The notes under the pieces are model-generated. The model made no database searches and was not told where the DNA came from. It was given only the letters and a program-made list of their open reading frames with translations. 64,000 nucleotides of DNA from assembly GCA_965242525.1 (NCBI GenBank), contig OZ251459.1, positions 256,001 to 320,000 of the forward strand. Direction: 5' to 3'. This document shows, piece by piece, positions 17,184-26,095 of the stretch (position 1 is the first letter of the stretch; each line of letters opens with the position of its first letter). The translations under genes and the position numbers were made by a program. This stretch comes from an uncultured Candidatus Binatia bacterium. GTDB taxonomy: Bacteria > Desulfobacterota > Binatia > UBA9968 > JAJDTQ01.

Positions 17184-18910
17184 CCCCAACCGAGGGCTCC
17201 GAGACCCACCACCGCGCCGAAGATCCACTGCCAGTAGGGCTCCAGCACCAGCTTTCCTTCGACCTTCTCCTTCAGGTCGTCGCGTTCGTCCGCCAGTGCG
17301 CTCACCCGCTGCATGAGTTCCCCGTAGTCTCCCCCCACGCCGGCCAGGGCCTGGTCCCTTTCGGTCCGGGTCCGTTCCAGGGACCCGGTGGCCTGGGCCA
17401 GTTGCTGCTGCAAGTCCCGGAGCGCGCTTCGATGCGCGGCCTGCAATTCGGCCAATTGCTTCGTGACGCCTTCCCTGTCCGCGGCCAAGTCAGCCAAGGC
17501 CCGTTCCTTCTCCGTCTCGACCTTCCCCAGGGATTCCGTGGCCCGTTCCAGTTGCTGCCGCAAGTCCCGGAGCGCGTTTCGATGCGCGGCCTGCAATTCG
17601 GCCAACTGCTTCGTGAGCTCTCCGCCGTCCGCGGTGAGCGCGGCGAGTACCTGGTCCCTTTCGGCCCGGGTCTGTTCCAGGGATGCGGCGGTCCGTTCCA
17701 GTTGCCGTTGCAAGTCCCGGAGCGCGTCTCGGTGCGCGGCCTGCAGTTCGGCCAACTGTTTCGTGAGCTTTCCGCCGTCCGCGGTGAGCGCGGCGAGGGC
17801 CTGATCCCTTTCGGCCCGGGCCTTTTCCAGGGAACTGTTGGCCTGCGCCACTCGTTGCCGCAGTTGTTCGACGGCCTCTCGATGGTCGGCCGTGAGGGGG
17901 GCGAGTTTCTGCTCGGCTTCCCGTTCCCTGGCGGCCAGGTCGGCCACGGCCTTGTCCTTTTCGGTGCGGGTCCGTTCCAGGGAGGCGGTGACCTTCGCCA
18001 GTTGTCCTTGCAACCGTGACAGCGCGGCCTTCCGAGCCTCGGCCTCGGCTTCCAGGGACTCCCTGGCGGCGTTCAACCGGTGGGTCTCGGCGTTCATTTG
18101 CCCGATGGTCCGCTCCTGCTCGGCCACTTGGGCGGTGAGGTCGTCCTTTTCGGTGCGAGTCCGTTCCAGGGAGACGGTGACCTTCGCCAGTTGCGCTTGC
18201 AACCGTGACAGCGCGGTCTTCCGGGTCGCGGCCTCTGTCTCCAGGGACTCCCTGGCGGTGTTCATTTGCCCGATGGTCCGCTCCTGCTCGGCCGCCCGGG
18301 CGGTGAGGCCTTGCACCTGCAAGTCCAGTACGTCCCGCCTGCGCGCGAGCGCGGCCAGGTTCTCCTCCAACTCCGTCCTGGCCGCGGTCAGGACCGCGTT
18401 CTGCTGCAACAGGGAGTCCCTGGCGCCGGTGACTTCCCGGACCTTGTGGTCCATGTCCCGTATGGCCGCGGTCCTTCGAGCGAGCTCCGCGGTGAGCCCG
18501 TCCACGGTTTCGCGGGTGCGGTCCCTTTCCGCGCTCAGGGCGGCCAGCCTTTCCCGGTGCCGTTCGACCCGCTCGCGTCCTTCGCGGACCGTGTCGTCCA
18601 ACTGCTGCCTGACCTGGGCCAGGGACCCGGTGAGGTCGTCGATCCGTCCTTGGGCGTCCGCGATCTCCCGTTCCCTTCGTTCGAGGGTCCCCTCGGACCG
18701 GGCCACTTCGTTGGCAAGCCGTTCGACCCTCGACTGGAGGGCGGTGACCTCCTCGCCCCGCCGCCGGAGGTCCTGGGCGAGGTCGGCGTTTGCCGCTACC
18801 GCCCGGTCCCTCTCGCCGGCCAGTTGCTCGTATTCCTCCAGGGAGACGCATGAGGCCAGGGACAGCGATAGCGCCGCCAGTAGGCAGGGGGCTTTGACGT
18901 AGTGCATCAT
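17162..18910 (-). CDS. Long coiled-coil lipoprotein with internal repeats and a C-terminal transmembrane helix
   Basis: Lipobox LAS-C; continuous heptad pattern; 50-aa and 63-aa repeats; C-terminus YWQWIFGAVVGLGALGWGYARFWA. Confidence 0.8.
   Translation of the reverse strand: MMHYVKAPCLLAALSLSLASCVSLEEYEQLAGERDRAVAANADLAQDLRRRGEEVTALQSRVERLANEVARSEGTLERREREIADAQGRIDDLTGSLAQVRQQLDDTVREGRERVERHRERLAALSAERDRTRETVDGLTAELARRTAAIRDMDHKVREVTGARDSLLQQNAVLTAARTELEENLAALARRRDVLDLQVQGLTARAAEQERTIGQMNTARESLETEAATRKTALSRLQAQLAKVTVSLERTRTEKDDLTAQVAEQERTIGQMNAETHRLNAARESLEAEAEARKAALSRLQGQLAKVTASLERTRTEKDKAVADLAAREREAEQKLAPLTADHREAVEQLRQRVAQANSSLEKARAERDQALAALTADGGKLTKQLAELQAAHRDALRDLQRQLERTAASLEQTRAERDQVLAALTADGGELTKQLAELQAAHRNALRDLRQQLERATESLGKVETEKERALADLAADREGVTKQLAELQAAHRSALRDLQQQLAQATGSLERTRTERDQALAGVGGDYGELMQRVSALADERDDLKEKVEGKLVLEPYWQWIFGAVVGLGALGWGYARFWA
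17340..18310 (-). repeat. Intragenic tandem repeats (about 4 x 150 bp and 2 x 189 bp)
   Basis: GTTGC...CAAGTCCCGGAGCGCG recurs at 17401, 17551 and 17701; CGGTGCG.GTCCGTTCCAGGGAG recurs at 17962 and 18151. Confidence 0.88.
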
Positions 18911-19072
18911 TCCTTTCACCCCGTCGGGTCCGGTTCCGGCTTTCCTCCCGCGGAGTCCGCCTCGGTTCCCGTTCGTCGAAGAATGCGCCGGGTACGCCGG
19001 CGCTGCGTCAGGTTACCTATCAGACTCGCCAGGCAATAAGCAACGCCGAAGCAACGATGGGCAGGGGGGCCG

Positions 19073-20248
19073 CTAGACCACCTGCCGGGCGCGCAGCCCG
19101 GCGATGGCTTCCGCGCCGTATCCCAGGGCCGCCAGGACCTCGTCGGTGTTCTCGCCCAGCATGGGCGGGGGCGCGGGGGTCTCGGGCGGGGTTCGGCTCA
19201 TGTGGACGCCGCTTCCCACCAGCTTGACCTTGCCCATCTTCGGGTGCGTCACCTCGATGGGGAAGCCGTACTGCCGCACCTGCGGGTCGTCGAACACGTC
19301 CTCCAGGTTGTTCAAGGGGGTGGAGGGGACGTCGTGCTCTTCCAGCTTGCGCAGCCACGCGTCGCGGGAGTCGCGCCCGAATATGGCCTGGAGCTCCCGC
19401 TCCAGCAGGTCATGGTTTTCGGTGCGCTCCTCCTTGCCGGCGAAGCGGGGGTCCTCCGCCCACCCGGGCCGCTCCACCACTTCCAGCAGGCCGAGCCAGA
19501 ACTTGGCGGGCGAGGACAGGTGGACCACGAAGGGCTTGCCGTCCCGGTCCACGAACGCGAAGACGCCGGCGGTGCGGGTGCGGTCGGCCCGGCTGGGCAC
19601 CACGCCGGTCTCGAAGTACCGGGCGCAGTTCTCCGCGGTGAACGACACCGACGCCCGCAGCAGGGAGGTCTCGATGACCTGCCCTTCCCCGGTCATCATC
19701 CGATTCACCAGCGCGGCCAGGATCCCGTAGCAGGCATAGACCCCGGTGAGGTGGTCGGACAGGGAGATGCCCATGCCCTTGGGCTGGTCCGGGTCCGTGA
19801 GCAGGCTCAGCAGGCCGCTCATGCCCTGGCCGACGGTGTCGAACCCGGGCCGGTCCCGGTAGGGGCCTTCCTGGCCGAAGCCGGAGATGGAGCAGTAGAT
19901 GATCCCGGGGTTCAGCGGGCGGACGTCGTCGTAGCCCAGCCCCCGGCGGGCCATGACCCCGGGCCGATGGTTCTCGACGAGCACGTCGGCCTGCGCGGCC
20001 AGCCGGCGGCAGACGTCCCGGCCCTCGTCGCTGCGGATGTCCAGCGTGACGCTCTTCTTGTTCCGGTTCAGGCTGCAAAAGGTGGCCGAGTACAGCCGCT
20101 CGCCCCAGCCCCGGAACGGGTCGCCCCGTTCCCGCTCCTCGACCTTGACCACTTCGGCGCCCAGGTCGGCCAGGAGCATGGACGCGAACGGGCCCGTGAC
20201 GTAGCTGGCCAACTCCAGGACCCGTATGCCTTCGAGGGTTCCCGACAT
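19073..20248 (-). CDS. Class III CoA-transferase (CaiB/BaiF family)
   Basis: Motifs LEGIRVLEL, LADLGAEVVKVE, LNRNKKS, ENHRPG, SISGFGQEGP and PPMLGENT. Confidence 0.94.
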   Translation of the reverse strand: MSGTLEGIRVLELASYVTGPFASMLLADLGAEVVKVEERERGDPFRGWGERLYSATFCSLNRNKKSVTLDIRSDEGRDVCRRLAAQADVLVENHRPGVMARRGLGYDDVRPLNPGIIYCSISGFGQEGPYRDRPGFDTVGQGMSGLLSLLTDPDQPKGMGISLSDHLTGVYACYGILAALVNRMMTGEGQVIETSLLRASVSFTAENCARYFETGVVPSRADRTRTAGVFAFVDRDGKPFVVHLSSPAKFWLGLLEVVERPGWAEDPRFAGKEERTENHDLLERELQAIFGRDSRDAWLRKLEEHDVPSTPLNNLEDVFDDPQVRQYGFPIEVTHPKMGKVKLVGSGVHMSRTPPETPAPPPMLGENTDEVLAALGYGAEAIAGLRARQVV

Positions 20249-20257
20249 GGCTCCTCC

Positions 20258-20373
20258 TATGGAACGCCTGATCGATTCCGGCTCGAACCCCCTCTCCCTG
20301 TGGGAAAAGGCGTCCTTCGACTTCGCTTCGCTACGCTCAGGACGAACGGGGACGATCGCTCGGAGTTTCCCTA
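20258..20373 (-). repeat. Composite REP/MITE-like element (family A, long copy)
   Basis: Core 20312-20358; ends TATGGAACGCCTGATCGATT and GATCGCTCGGAGTTTCCCTA; left arm homologous to 42901-42955. Confidence 0.85.
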
Positions 20374-22605
20374 TGCCTCGATGCGGATGTCCCAGAGGTC
20401 CTCTTCGCCGCCGAGCTCCGGGCAGTACACGTCCACCTGGAGAAGGGTGGCGCAGCCGGGGCAGACGTATTCGTGGTACCTGCCCAGGTAGTCCTCGCCG
20501 GACGCCGGACGCTGGCAGCCGATGGCGTCCAGCGGGACGACGCGCTTGAGGCAGCGTTTCTTGTAGTTCCCTTCGGGACCGCCGAAGAGGAAGCCGCAGC
20601 GCATGCAGCGGACCTGCTTGCGGCTTCCGTTGCGCACCACCTCCAGCACTTCGTGGATGCGCGCCACCGGGCGCCAGTCCGCAGGTTCGTGCTCCGGGGC
20701 CGGGTCCGCCGGCGCCGCGGGCTCGCTCTCCTCCAGGCGCGCCCTCCGTATGGCTTCCCGCTGCTCCCCGGTCCCGGCCTCGTCCACTTGGCGGCCCTTC
20801 CCGCGCAGCACGACCCCATAGACCCGCAGCGCCGCCTCTTCCGTGGCCACCCCCACCCGGACGTCGCGCGCCACCGCGGCCGGGTCCCGGTCCAGCGGGT
20901 CTCCGTAGCCCCCGCCGCTCTGGACGTAGTCGCTCAGGAGCGTGAACTCGGGCAGCGAGACCCGTCCCGGCGCGCCCTCCGGCAGCAGCACCTTGCCCCA
21001 GCCCTCCCCTTCGATGTCGTCGAGCCGTGCGGGGTAGTCCCCCGCGGCCAACCGTTCCCGGACATCGCCTTCGGTCAGGAAGATGGCCCGGATGCCGCCG
21101 GGGCCCGCGGGATGGCCGCCGAAGAGCCCGTAGGCGCCCTGGGGGATCCAGCCGTAGGGCTTGAAGTCCACCGAGAAGTCCTGCGAGCCATAGACCATGA
21201 AGATGCGGTAGGTGCCGACCCCGCCGCGGTACTTGCCGAACCCGGAACCGTCGGTGTTGTGGTTGCGGGAGAAATAGAGCAGCGGGTACTGCATCTCGGT
21301 GCGTTCGATGTCGCTGATGCCTCCCGAGGGGATGTTCATGTGGCCGCCGGTGTTGACGCCATCCCGCAACGGCGTGGCGCCCAGGCCGCTGCCGTGGATG
21401 TCGTAGATGCCCATGGCGGTGCGGACGCCTTCCCGGTTGTGGCCGGCCGGGATGTAGCCGGGGCCGCCCTCGTACCAGGTGGCGTACCAGGTGGCCGGCA
21501 CGTCCTGGTAGCGGCCCGCGGCGAACAGCATCTTGCCCGCGGCCTCGCACACCGCGGCCACCAGGATGCCGCCCACCACCGGCGCCGCGGCGCACGCCGC
21601 GGGGAACCGGCAGTTCAGCACCGATCCCTCCGGCGCCACGATGTCCATGGGGGCGAACTTGCCGTCGCTCCAGGGCACGTCCCAGAACAGCGTGTTGGTG
21701 ATGGCGACGCCGATGAGGGCCCGGGTGCTGGGGAAGGTGGAGTTCACGTCGCCCGCGGTCTGGGGGCTCGTGCCGGTGACGTCGAGGGTCAGGCGGTCCC
21801 CCTGCTTGGTGAGGGTGCAGAGGATCCGGAGGGGCATGGCCTTGCGGCTCCCGGTGTCCAGCGAGGTGAGGTAGGTGCGTCCGGTCCAGCGGCCGTCCGG
21901 CAGGGACTCGAGCTTGGCCCGGGCCGCGGCCTCGGTGTCGGCGACGACCTTCGCGCCCGCGGCCCGGACGAACGCCAGGCCGAACTTGTCCACCAGCGCC
22001 AGGTAGCGCCGGGAGCACACGTTGTTGCCGGCGATCATGGCCTTCAGGTCCAGCCCCACGTACTGGGGGTCGCGGCACTGCTCCGTGAGGGACTTGAACA
22101 CGTCCTCGCGGAACTCCCCCCGCTCCACCACCTTGAGGCCCATGATGCGGATGCCTTCGTGGTAGATCTCGGTGGCGGCGCCCCGCAGCATGCCGCCGGT
22201 GTCCGCGGTATGGGTGCTGGTGGCCACCCAGGCGATGAGCCGGTGGTCGTGGAATATGGGCTTGATGACCATCATGTCATAGGTGTGGGCCCCGGCCACG
22301 TAGGGGTCGTTGAAGAAGAACTGGTCGCCGTCGAAGAAGCCCGGCGACTCCCCGAACAGGTCGATGATGTGCCGGATGGCGTCCGAGGTGGCGTGGGCGA
22401 AGCGCAGGTGTCCCGAGCAGGCCAGCACCATGGTCCCGCGGGCGTCGTAGAAGGAGCTCATGCATTCCCCGCCCTGGGCGACGATGGGGGAGGCGGTGAC
22501 GCGCTGCAAGGTCATCCGGCCTTCCTCGCCGATGGCCCACAGGCGGTGGAGGAACATCTCGTAGCGGATGGGGTCCATGTCATGGGTCGTGTGTTGCTGG
22601 TTCAT
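20371..22605 (-). CDS. Hydantoinase B/oxoprolinase (acetone carboxylase alpha-like) protein fused to an acetone-carboxylase gamma-like Zn domain
   Basis: Motifs NDPYVAGAHTYD, HTADTGG, EIYHEG, GFGKYRGG and GGGYGDPLDRDP; C-terminal CMRCG...NYK...EYVCPGCATLLQVD. Confidence 0.88.
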   Translation of the reverse strand: MNQQHTTHDMDPIRYEMFLHRLWAIGEEGRMTLQRVTASPIVAQGGECMSSFYDARGTMVLACSGHLRFAHATSDAIRHIIDLFGESPGFFDGDQFFFNDPYVAGAHTYDMMVIKPIFHDHRLIAWVATSTHTADTGGMLRGAATEIYHEGIRIMGLKVVERGEFREDVFKSLTEQCRDPQYVGLDLKAMIAGNNVCSRRYLALVDKFGLAFVRAAGAKVVADTEAAARAKLESLPDGRWTGRTYLTSLDTGSRKAMPLRILCTLTKQGDRLTLDVTGTSPQTAGDVNSTFPSTRALIGVAITNTLFWDVPWSDGKFAPMDIVAPEGSVLNCRFPAACAAAPVVGGILVAAVCEAAGKMLFAAGRYQDVPATWYATWYEGGPGYIPAGHNREGVRTAMGIYDIHGSGLGATPLRDGVNTGGHMNIPSGGISDIERTEMQYPLLYFSRNHNTDGSGFGKYRGGVGTYRIFMVYGSQDFSVDFKPYGWIPQGAYGLFGGHPAGPGGIRAIFLTEGDVRERLAAGDYPARLDDIEGEGWGKVLLPEGAPGRVSLPEFTLLSDYVQSGGGYGDPLDRDPAAVARDVRVGVATEEAALRVYGVVLRGKGRQVDEAGTGEQREAIRRARLEESEPAAPADPAPEHEPADWRPVARIHEVLEVVRNGSRKQVRCMRCGFLFGGPEGNYKKRCLKRVVPLDAIGCQRPASGEDYLGRYHEYVCPGCATLLQVDVYCPELGGEEDLWDIRIEA

Positions 22606-22686
22606 GGCTACCTCGACGGGGAATCGACCGGAGGTCCCGGCGTCCTTCCGGACTCGGTCGGCTGTGCGGGTCAGCGCCGGGCGGGG

Positions 22687-23799
22687 TCAGCCCGCGCGAG
22701 CCCGCGGACCGTTGCCGGCATGTCCGCGGGGCGCCTGGATCCCGCGGACCTCGGGCAGGGCTTCCCGGGCAAACCGCCGCATGGACTCCTCGATGTGTTC
22801 ATGGGACACGCTGCCGATGTTCATCCAGGCCAGGACATGCTCGGCCCCGGTCTCCCGGGCCAGCTCGGCGACCCTGTCCACCACCCGGTCCGCGGCGCCG
22901 ATGGCGGCGAACTCCTCCACCACCCGGTGGAAGGTCAGGCCGTCGGACGCCGCGTTCTTGCGCAGCCGTTCGGGCAACGGCCGTCCCTGGTCCGTGAGCC
23001 ATCGGGCGTAGTTCCCACGGGTCTCCCGGATCACGTCGTAGTAGCCCATGACCCCGGCCTCGGACCTCGCCCGGGCTTCCGAGTCCGTGGCGCCCACGTG
23101 CATGGGCAGGAGCAGGCCGAGCTCGTGCCCGTCCGGGTCGTGGCCGTGGGCCGCCAAGCCCTCCCGGTAGGCCGCGGAGAACCGGCGCAGCTCGTCCCCG
23201 GTGCGCACGTGCACGGGGAGGAACAGGTTGAGGCCCATGCGCGCGGCGAAATGGACGCCGTCGAGGGAGCTGGCGGCCGTGTAGATGGGCGGGTGCGGCC
23301 GCTGGACGGGTTTGGGGTTGGCCACGATGCCGGGCACCCGGAAGAACTCTCCCCGGTAGTCCACCGCTTCCTCGGTCCAGGCGAGCCGGATCACCTCGAT
23401 GCTCTCCTCCATGATGCGCCGCACGTCCGCGTGCTCCACGCCGAAGCACTCGTAGGCCCGGGTGTGGGGATGGCCGCCCCCGGCCGCGAAGCACATGCGG
23501 CCGTTGCTCAACAGGTCCAGGGTGGCGGCCTGCTCGGCCAGTTGCATGGGGTGGTGGATGGGAAGGGTGTTCACCGCCACCCCGAGCCGCAGCCTCCGGG
23601 TCCTCTGGGTGGCCGCCCCCAGGACCACGTAGGGCGCCGACAACAGGGAGAAGCTGGGGGTGAAGTGGATCTCGGCCACCCAATAGCCGTCGTAGCCCAG
23701 GGCGTCGGCCAGCTCGGCCTGCTCCAGGAACTGTTCCAGCAAGGCCGCGGGAACGCCTTTCGACGGACACTGTACCTCGGTGAAGAGGCTGACTTTCAT
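22687..23799 (-). CDS. LLM-class flavin-dependent oxidoreductase (luciferase-like)
   Basis: Motifs ADALGYDGYWVAEIHF, LAEQAATLDLLSNGR, PKPVQRPHPP and SMRRFAREALP. Confidence 0.92.
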   Translation of the reverse strand: MKVSLFTEVQCPSKGVPAALLEQFLEQAELADALGYDGYWVAEIHFTPSFSLLSAPYVVLGAATQRTRRLRLGVAVNTLPIHHPMQLAEQAATLDLLSNGRMCFAAGGGHPHTRAYECFGVEHADVRRIMEESIEVIRLAWTEEAVDYRGEFFRVPGIVANPKPVQRPHPPIYTAASSLDGVHFAARMGLNLFLPVHVRTGDELRRFSAAYREGLAAHGHDPDGHELGLLLPMHVGATDSEARARSEAGVMGYYDVIRETRGNYARWLTDQGRPLPERLRKNAASDGLTFHRVVEEFAAIGAADRVVDRVAELARETGAEHVLAWMNIGSVSHEHIEESMRRFAREALPEVRGIQAPRGHAGNGPRARAG

Positions 23800-23966
23800 G
23801 CACGCTTCTCCCTCGGGCCGCAGGCGCTGGACTGCGCGCCCCAAGGAGTTCTATACCGAAAAAGCCCCCCGGAAACAAAGCCGCCCGCGGCAGGGCGCAA
23901 CATCGCGGCCGGGGTCCCGGCGAGCCCGTTCCCGCGAGAGGCGGCCGGAAGCAGGGCATGGCGTCG

Positions 23967-24164
23967 TCACGCCCTGTTCATCATGCAGGTCAGGTATGCG
24001 GAAGCCTTCTTGCTGCCTCTCTGCTTGTTCATCGACAGGGGGCACTTCGGTTTGAACCTCTTCTTGAGCCTCCGGTACTCTCTGCTTGCCGTTTTCGCGT
24101 CCATCAGGGAGGGTTCGACACGCTCATGGAGGATGGCCGTGCGGTACTCGAAATATAGTTCGAG
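23967..24164 (-). pseudogene. Probable internal fragment of a restriction endonuclease gene
   Basis: Low-GC, Lys-rich reading frame YFEYRTAILHERVEPSLMD...PKCPLSMNKQRGSKKASAYLT with no credible start, abutting the methylase; family resemblance is from recall only. Confidence 0.45.
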
Positions 24165-24165
24165 A

Positions 24166-25062
24166 ATGACGAGGACCGACCAGGACACGCTGGACATGTT
24201 CCAGGGCACGGAGTTCCGGCACGTTGCCCCGTTTCACACGCAGTTGCTCAAGTGGATCGGGAACAAGCAGCGCTTTGCCCATGAAATAGCGTCCTATTTT
24301 CCAGGGGATGTGAAGACCTATTTCGAACCGTTCCTGGGCAGCGGCGCCGTTCTCGCCGCCTTGCAGCCTCCGCAGGCCCTTGGGTCCGATGCTTTCGGCC
24401 CGCTCATGGAGATTTGGAAGACTCTCGCCCTGGACCCTGGAAAGGTCGAGTGCTGGTACAGGGAACGACACGAGGAGTACAGCCGCTTCGACGGCGTGGA
24501 AGGCTACGAGCGCATCAAGTCAAGGTACAACGCCAAGCCCAACGGAGCGGATCTGCTCTTCCTGTGCCGGAGCTGTTACGGCGGCGTCGTGCGGTTTCGC
24601 AAGTCTGACGGATACATGTCAACGCCCTGCGGGGCGCACAAGCCGGTAACGCCGGGGTCTTTCGCTCGGCGCGTCCAGATCTGGAAGCGTCGGACCGCCG
24701 GGGCCGCGTTCGAGCAACTGGACTTCAGCCACGCCATGCGACGAGCCGGACGGGGGGACCTGGTCTATTGCGACCCGCCCTATACGCACAGCCAGACCAT
24801 ACTTTACCGGGGGCAGGATTTCCAACTGGGCCGCCTCATGGACGAAATCGTGTCGTGCAAGGAACGGGGCGTCCGTGTGGCCCTGAGCATCGATGGGAGG
24901 AAGAAGTCGGGCCGGGTGAACTGCCGTCTGGACATTCCCGAAGGGCTGTTCGAGCGAGAGGTCTTCGTGAACTGTGGACGCAGCATGCTCCGCCGCTTTC
25001 AAATGGAAGGCGAGTCGTTGGAAGACGAGATCGTCCATGACCGGCTGCTCCTGACCTATTGA
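24166..25062 (+). CDS. Dam-like (D12 class) N6-adenine DNA methyltransferase
   Basis: LKWIGNK, SAM-binding motif FEPFLGSGAV and catalytic YCDPPY. Confidence 0.93.
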   Translation: MTRTDQDTLDMFQGTEFRHVAPFHTQLLKWIGNKQRFAHEIASYFPGDVKTYFEPFLGSGAVLAALQPPQALGSDAFGPLMEIWKTLALDPGKVECWYRERHEEYSRFDGVEGYERIKSRYNAKPNGADLLFLCRSCYGGVVRFRKSDGYMSTPCGAHKPVTPGSFARRVQIWKRRTAGAAFEQLDFSHAMRRAGRGDLVYCDPPYTHSQTILYRGQDFQLGRLMDEIVSCKERGVRVALSIDGRKKSGRVNCRLDIPEGLFEREVFVNCGRSMLRRFQMEGESLEDEIVHDRLLLTY

Positions 25063-25185
25063 GCCGTGCCTTCAAGGGCCTCGGAGCCCGCTTGCCGGGC
25101 CTCGTTCCGTCGAAATTGATTTTGTCCGGCCTGCGGTATAGATTTCCCGGGGGCGTCAAACCATCCAAGAAAGGGAAGGAAGTCC

Positions 25186-26091
25186 ATGAAACGGGTATTT
25201 CTGTTCCTGGTTACGAACATTGCCATCGTCGTGGTGCTGAGCGCCGTCCTGAGCCTGCTCGGCGTGGACCGGATGCTCTACCAGAACGGCATCAACTTCG
25301 GCGCGCTGCTGGTGTTCGCGTTCGTCTTCGGCATGGGCGGCTCGTTCCTGTCGCTGGCCATCTCCAAGTGGATGGCCAAGAGGTCGGTGGGGGCCCAGGT
25401 CATCGACCAGCCCCGGAACGACACCGAGAACTGGCTGGTGAACACGGTGCAGACGCACGCGCGGGCTGCGGGCATCGCCATGCCGGAGGTGGCCGTCTTC
25501 GATTCCCCCGAGCCCAACGCGTTCGCCACCGGACCCAGCCGGAACAACTCGCTGGTGGCGGTGAGCACCGGGCTGATGCGATCCATGAAGCCGGACCAGG
25601 TGTCCGCGGTGCTGGGCCACGAGGTCAGCCACGTGGCCAACGGCGACATGGTGACGCTGACGCTGATCCAGGGCGTCCTCAACACCTTCGTGATCTTCCT
25701 TTCCCACATCGTCGGCCATGTCGTGGACCGGGTGGTCCTTCGGAACGAGGACGGGGAGGGCCACGGCATCGGCTACTTCGTCACGGTCATCGTGACCGAG
25801 ATCCTCCTGGGGATCCTGGCGAGCATCGTGGTCTGCTGGTTCTCGCGGCGGCGGGAGTTCCGGGCCGACGCCGGCGGCGCGCAACTGGCCGGGGTCGGCA
25901 GCATGGTCGGCGCGTTGCAGGCCCTCCAGCGGAGCGCGGAGCCCGCCCACATGCCGGAACAGGTGGCGGCCTTCGGCATCTCCGGCGCCCGCCCGGGCGG
26001 TCTGCGGAGGCTGCTCGCCAGCCACCCGCCGCTGGAGGACCGCATTGCCGCCCTCCGGGAGGGGGGCCGCATCGCGGGCCAAGGGTCATAG
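25186..26091 (+). CDS. htpX: Zinc metalloprotease HtpX (M48)
   Basis: Motifs MKRVFLFLVTN, PNAFATG, HEVSH (HExxH), FSRRREFRAD and SHPPLEDRI. Confidence 0.96.
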   Translation: MKRVFLFLVTNIAIVVVLSAVLSLLGVDRMLYQNGINFGALLVFAFVFGMGGSFLSLAISKWMAKRSVGAQVIDQPRNDTENWLVNTVQTHARAAGIAMPEVAVFDSPEPNAFATGPSRNNSLVAVSTGLMRSMKPDQVSAVLGHEVSHVANGDMVTLTLIQGVLNTFVIFLSHIVGHVVDRVVLRNEDGEGHGIGYFVTVIVTEILLGILASIVVCWFSRRREFRADAGGAQLAGVGSMVGALQALQRSAEPAHMPEQVAAFGISGARPGGLRRLLASHPPLEDRIAALREGGRIAGQGS

Positions 26092-26095
26092 GGTC

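Noticed and set aside
17162-18910. Coiled-coil protein as an SMC/SbcC ATPase or phage tape measure
   Set aside because: No Walker motifs or hinge, no phage neighbours, and it has a lipobox and a C-terminal TM helix.
19073-22078. 1001-aa ORF as a large CoA-transferase fusion
   Set aside because: The upstream part is an off-frame shadow of the hydantoinase gene running through the repeat; the real start is ATG 20248 with RBS GGAGGAG.
20473-25062. 1529-aa ORF as a giant methylase fusion
   Set aside because: The first ~1230 codons are antisense to real genes (high-GC shadow frame); only 24166-25062 has methylase motifs.
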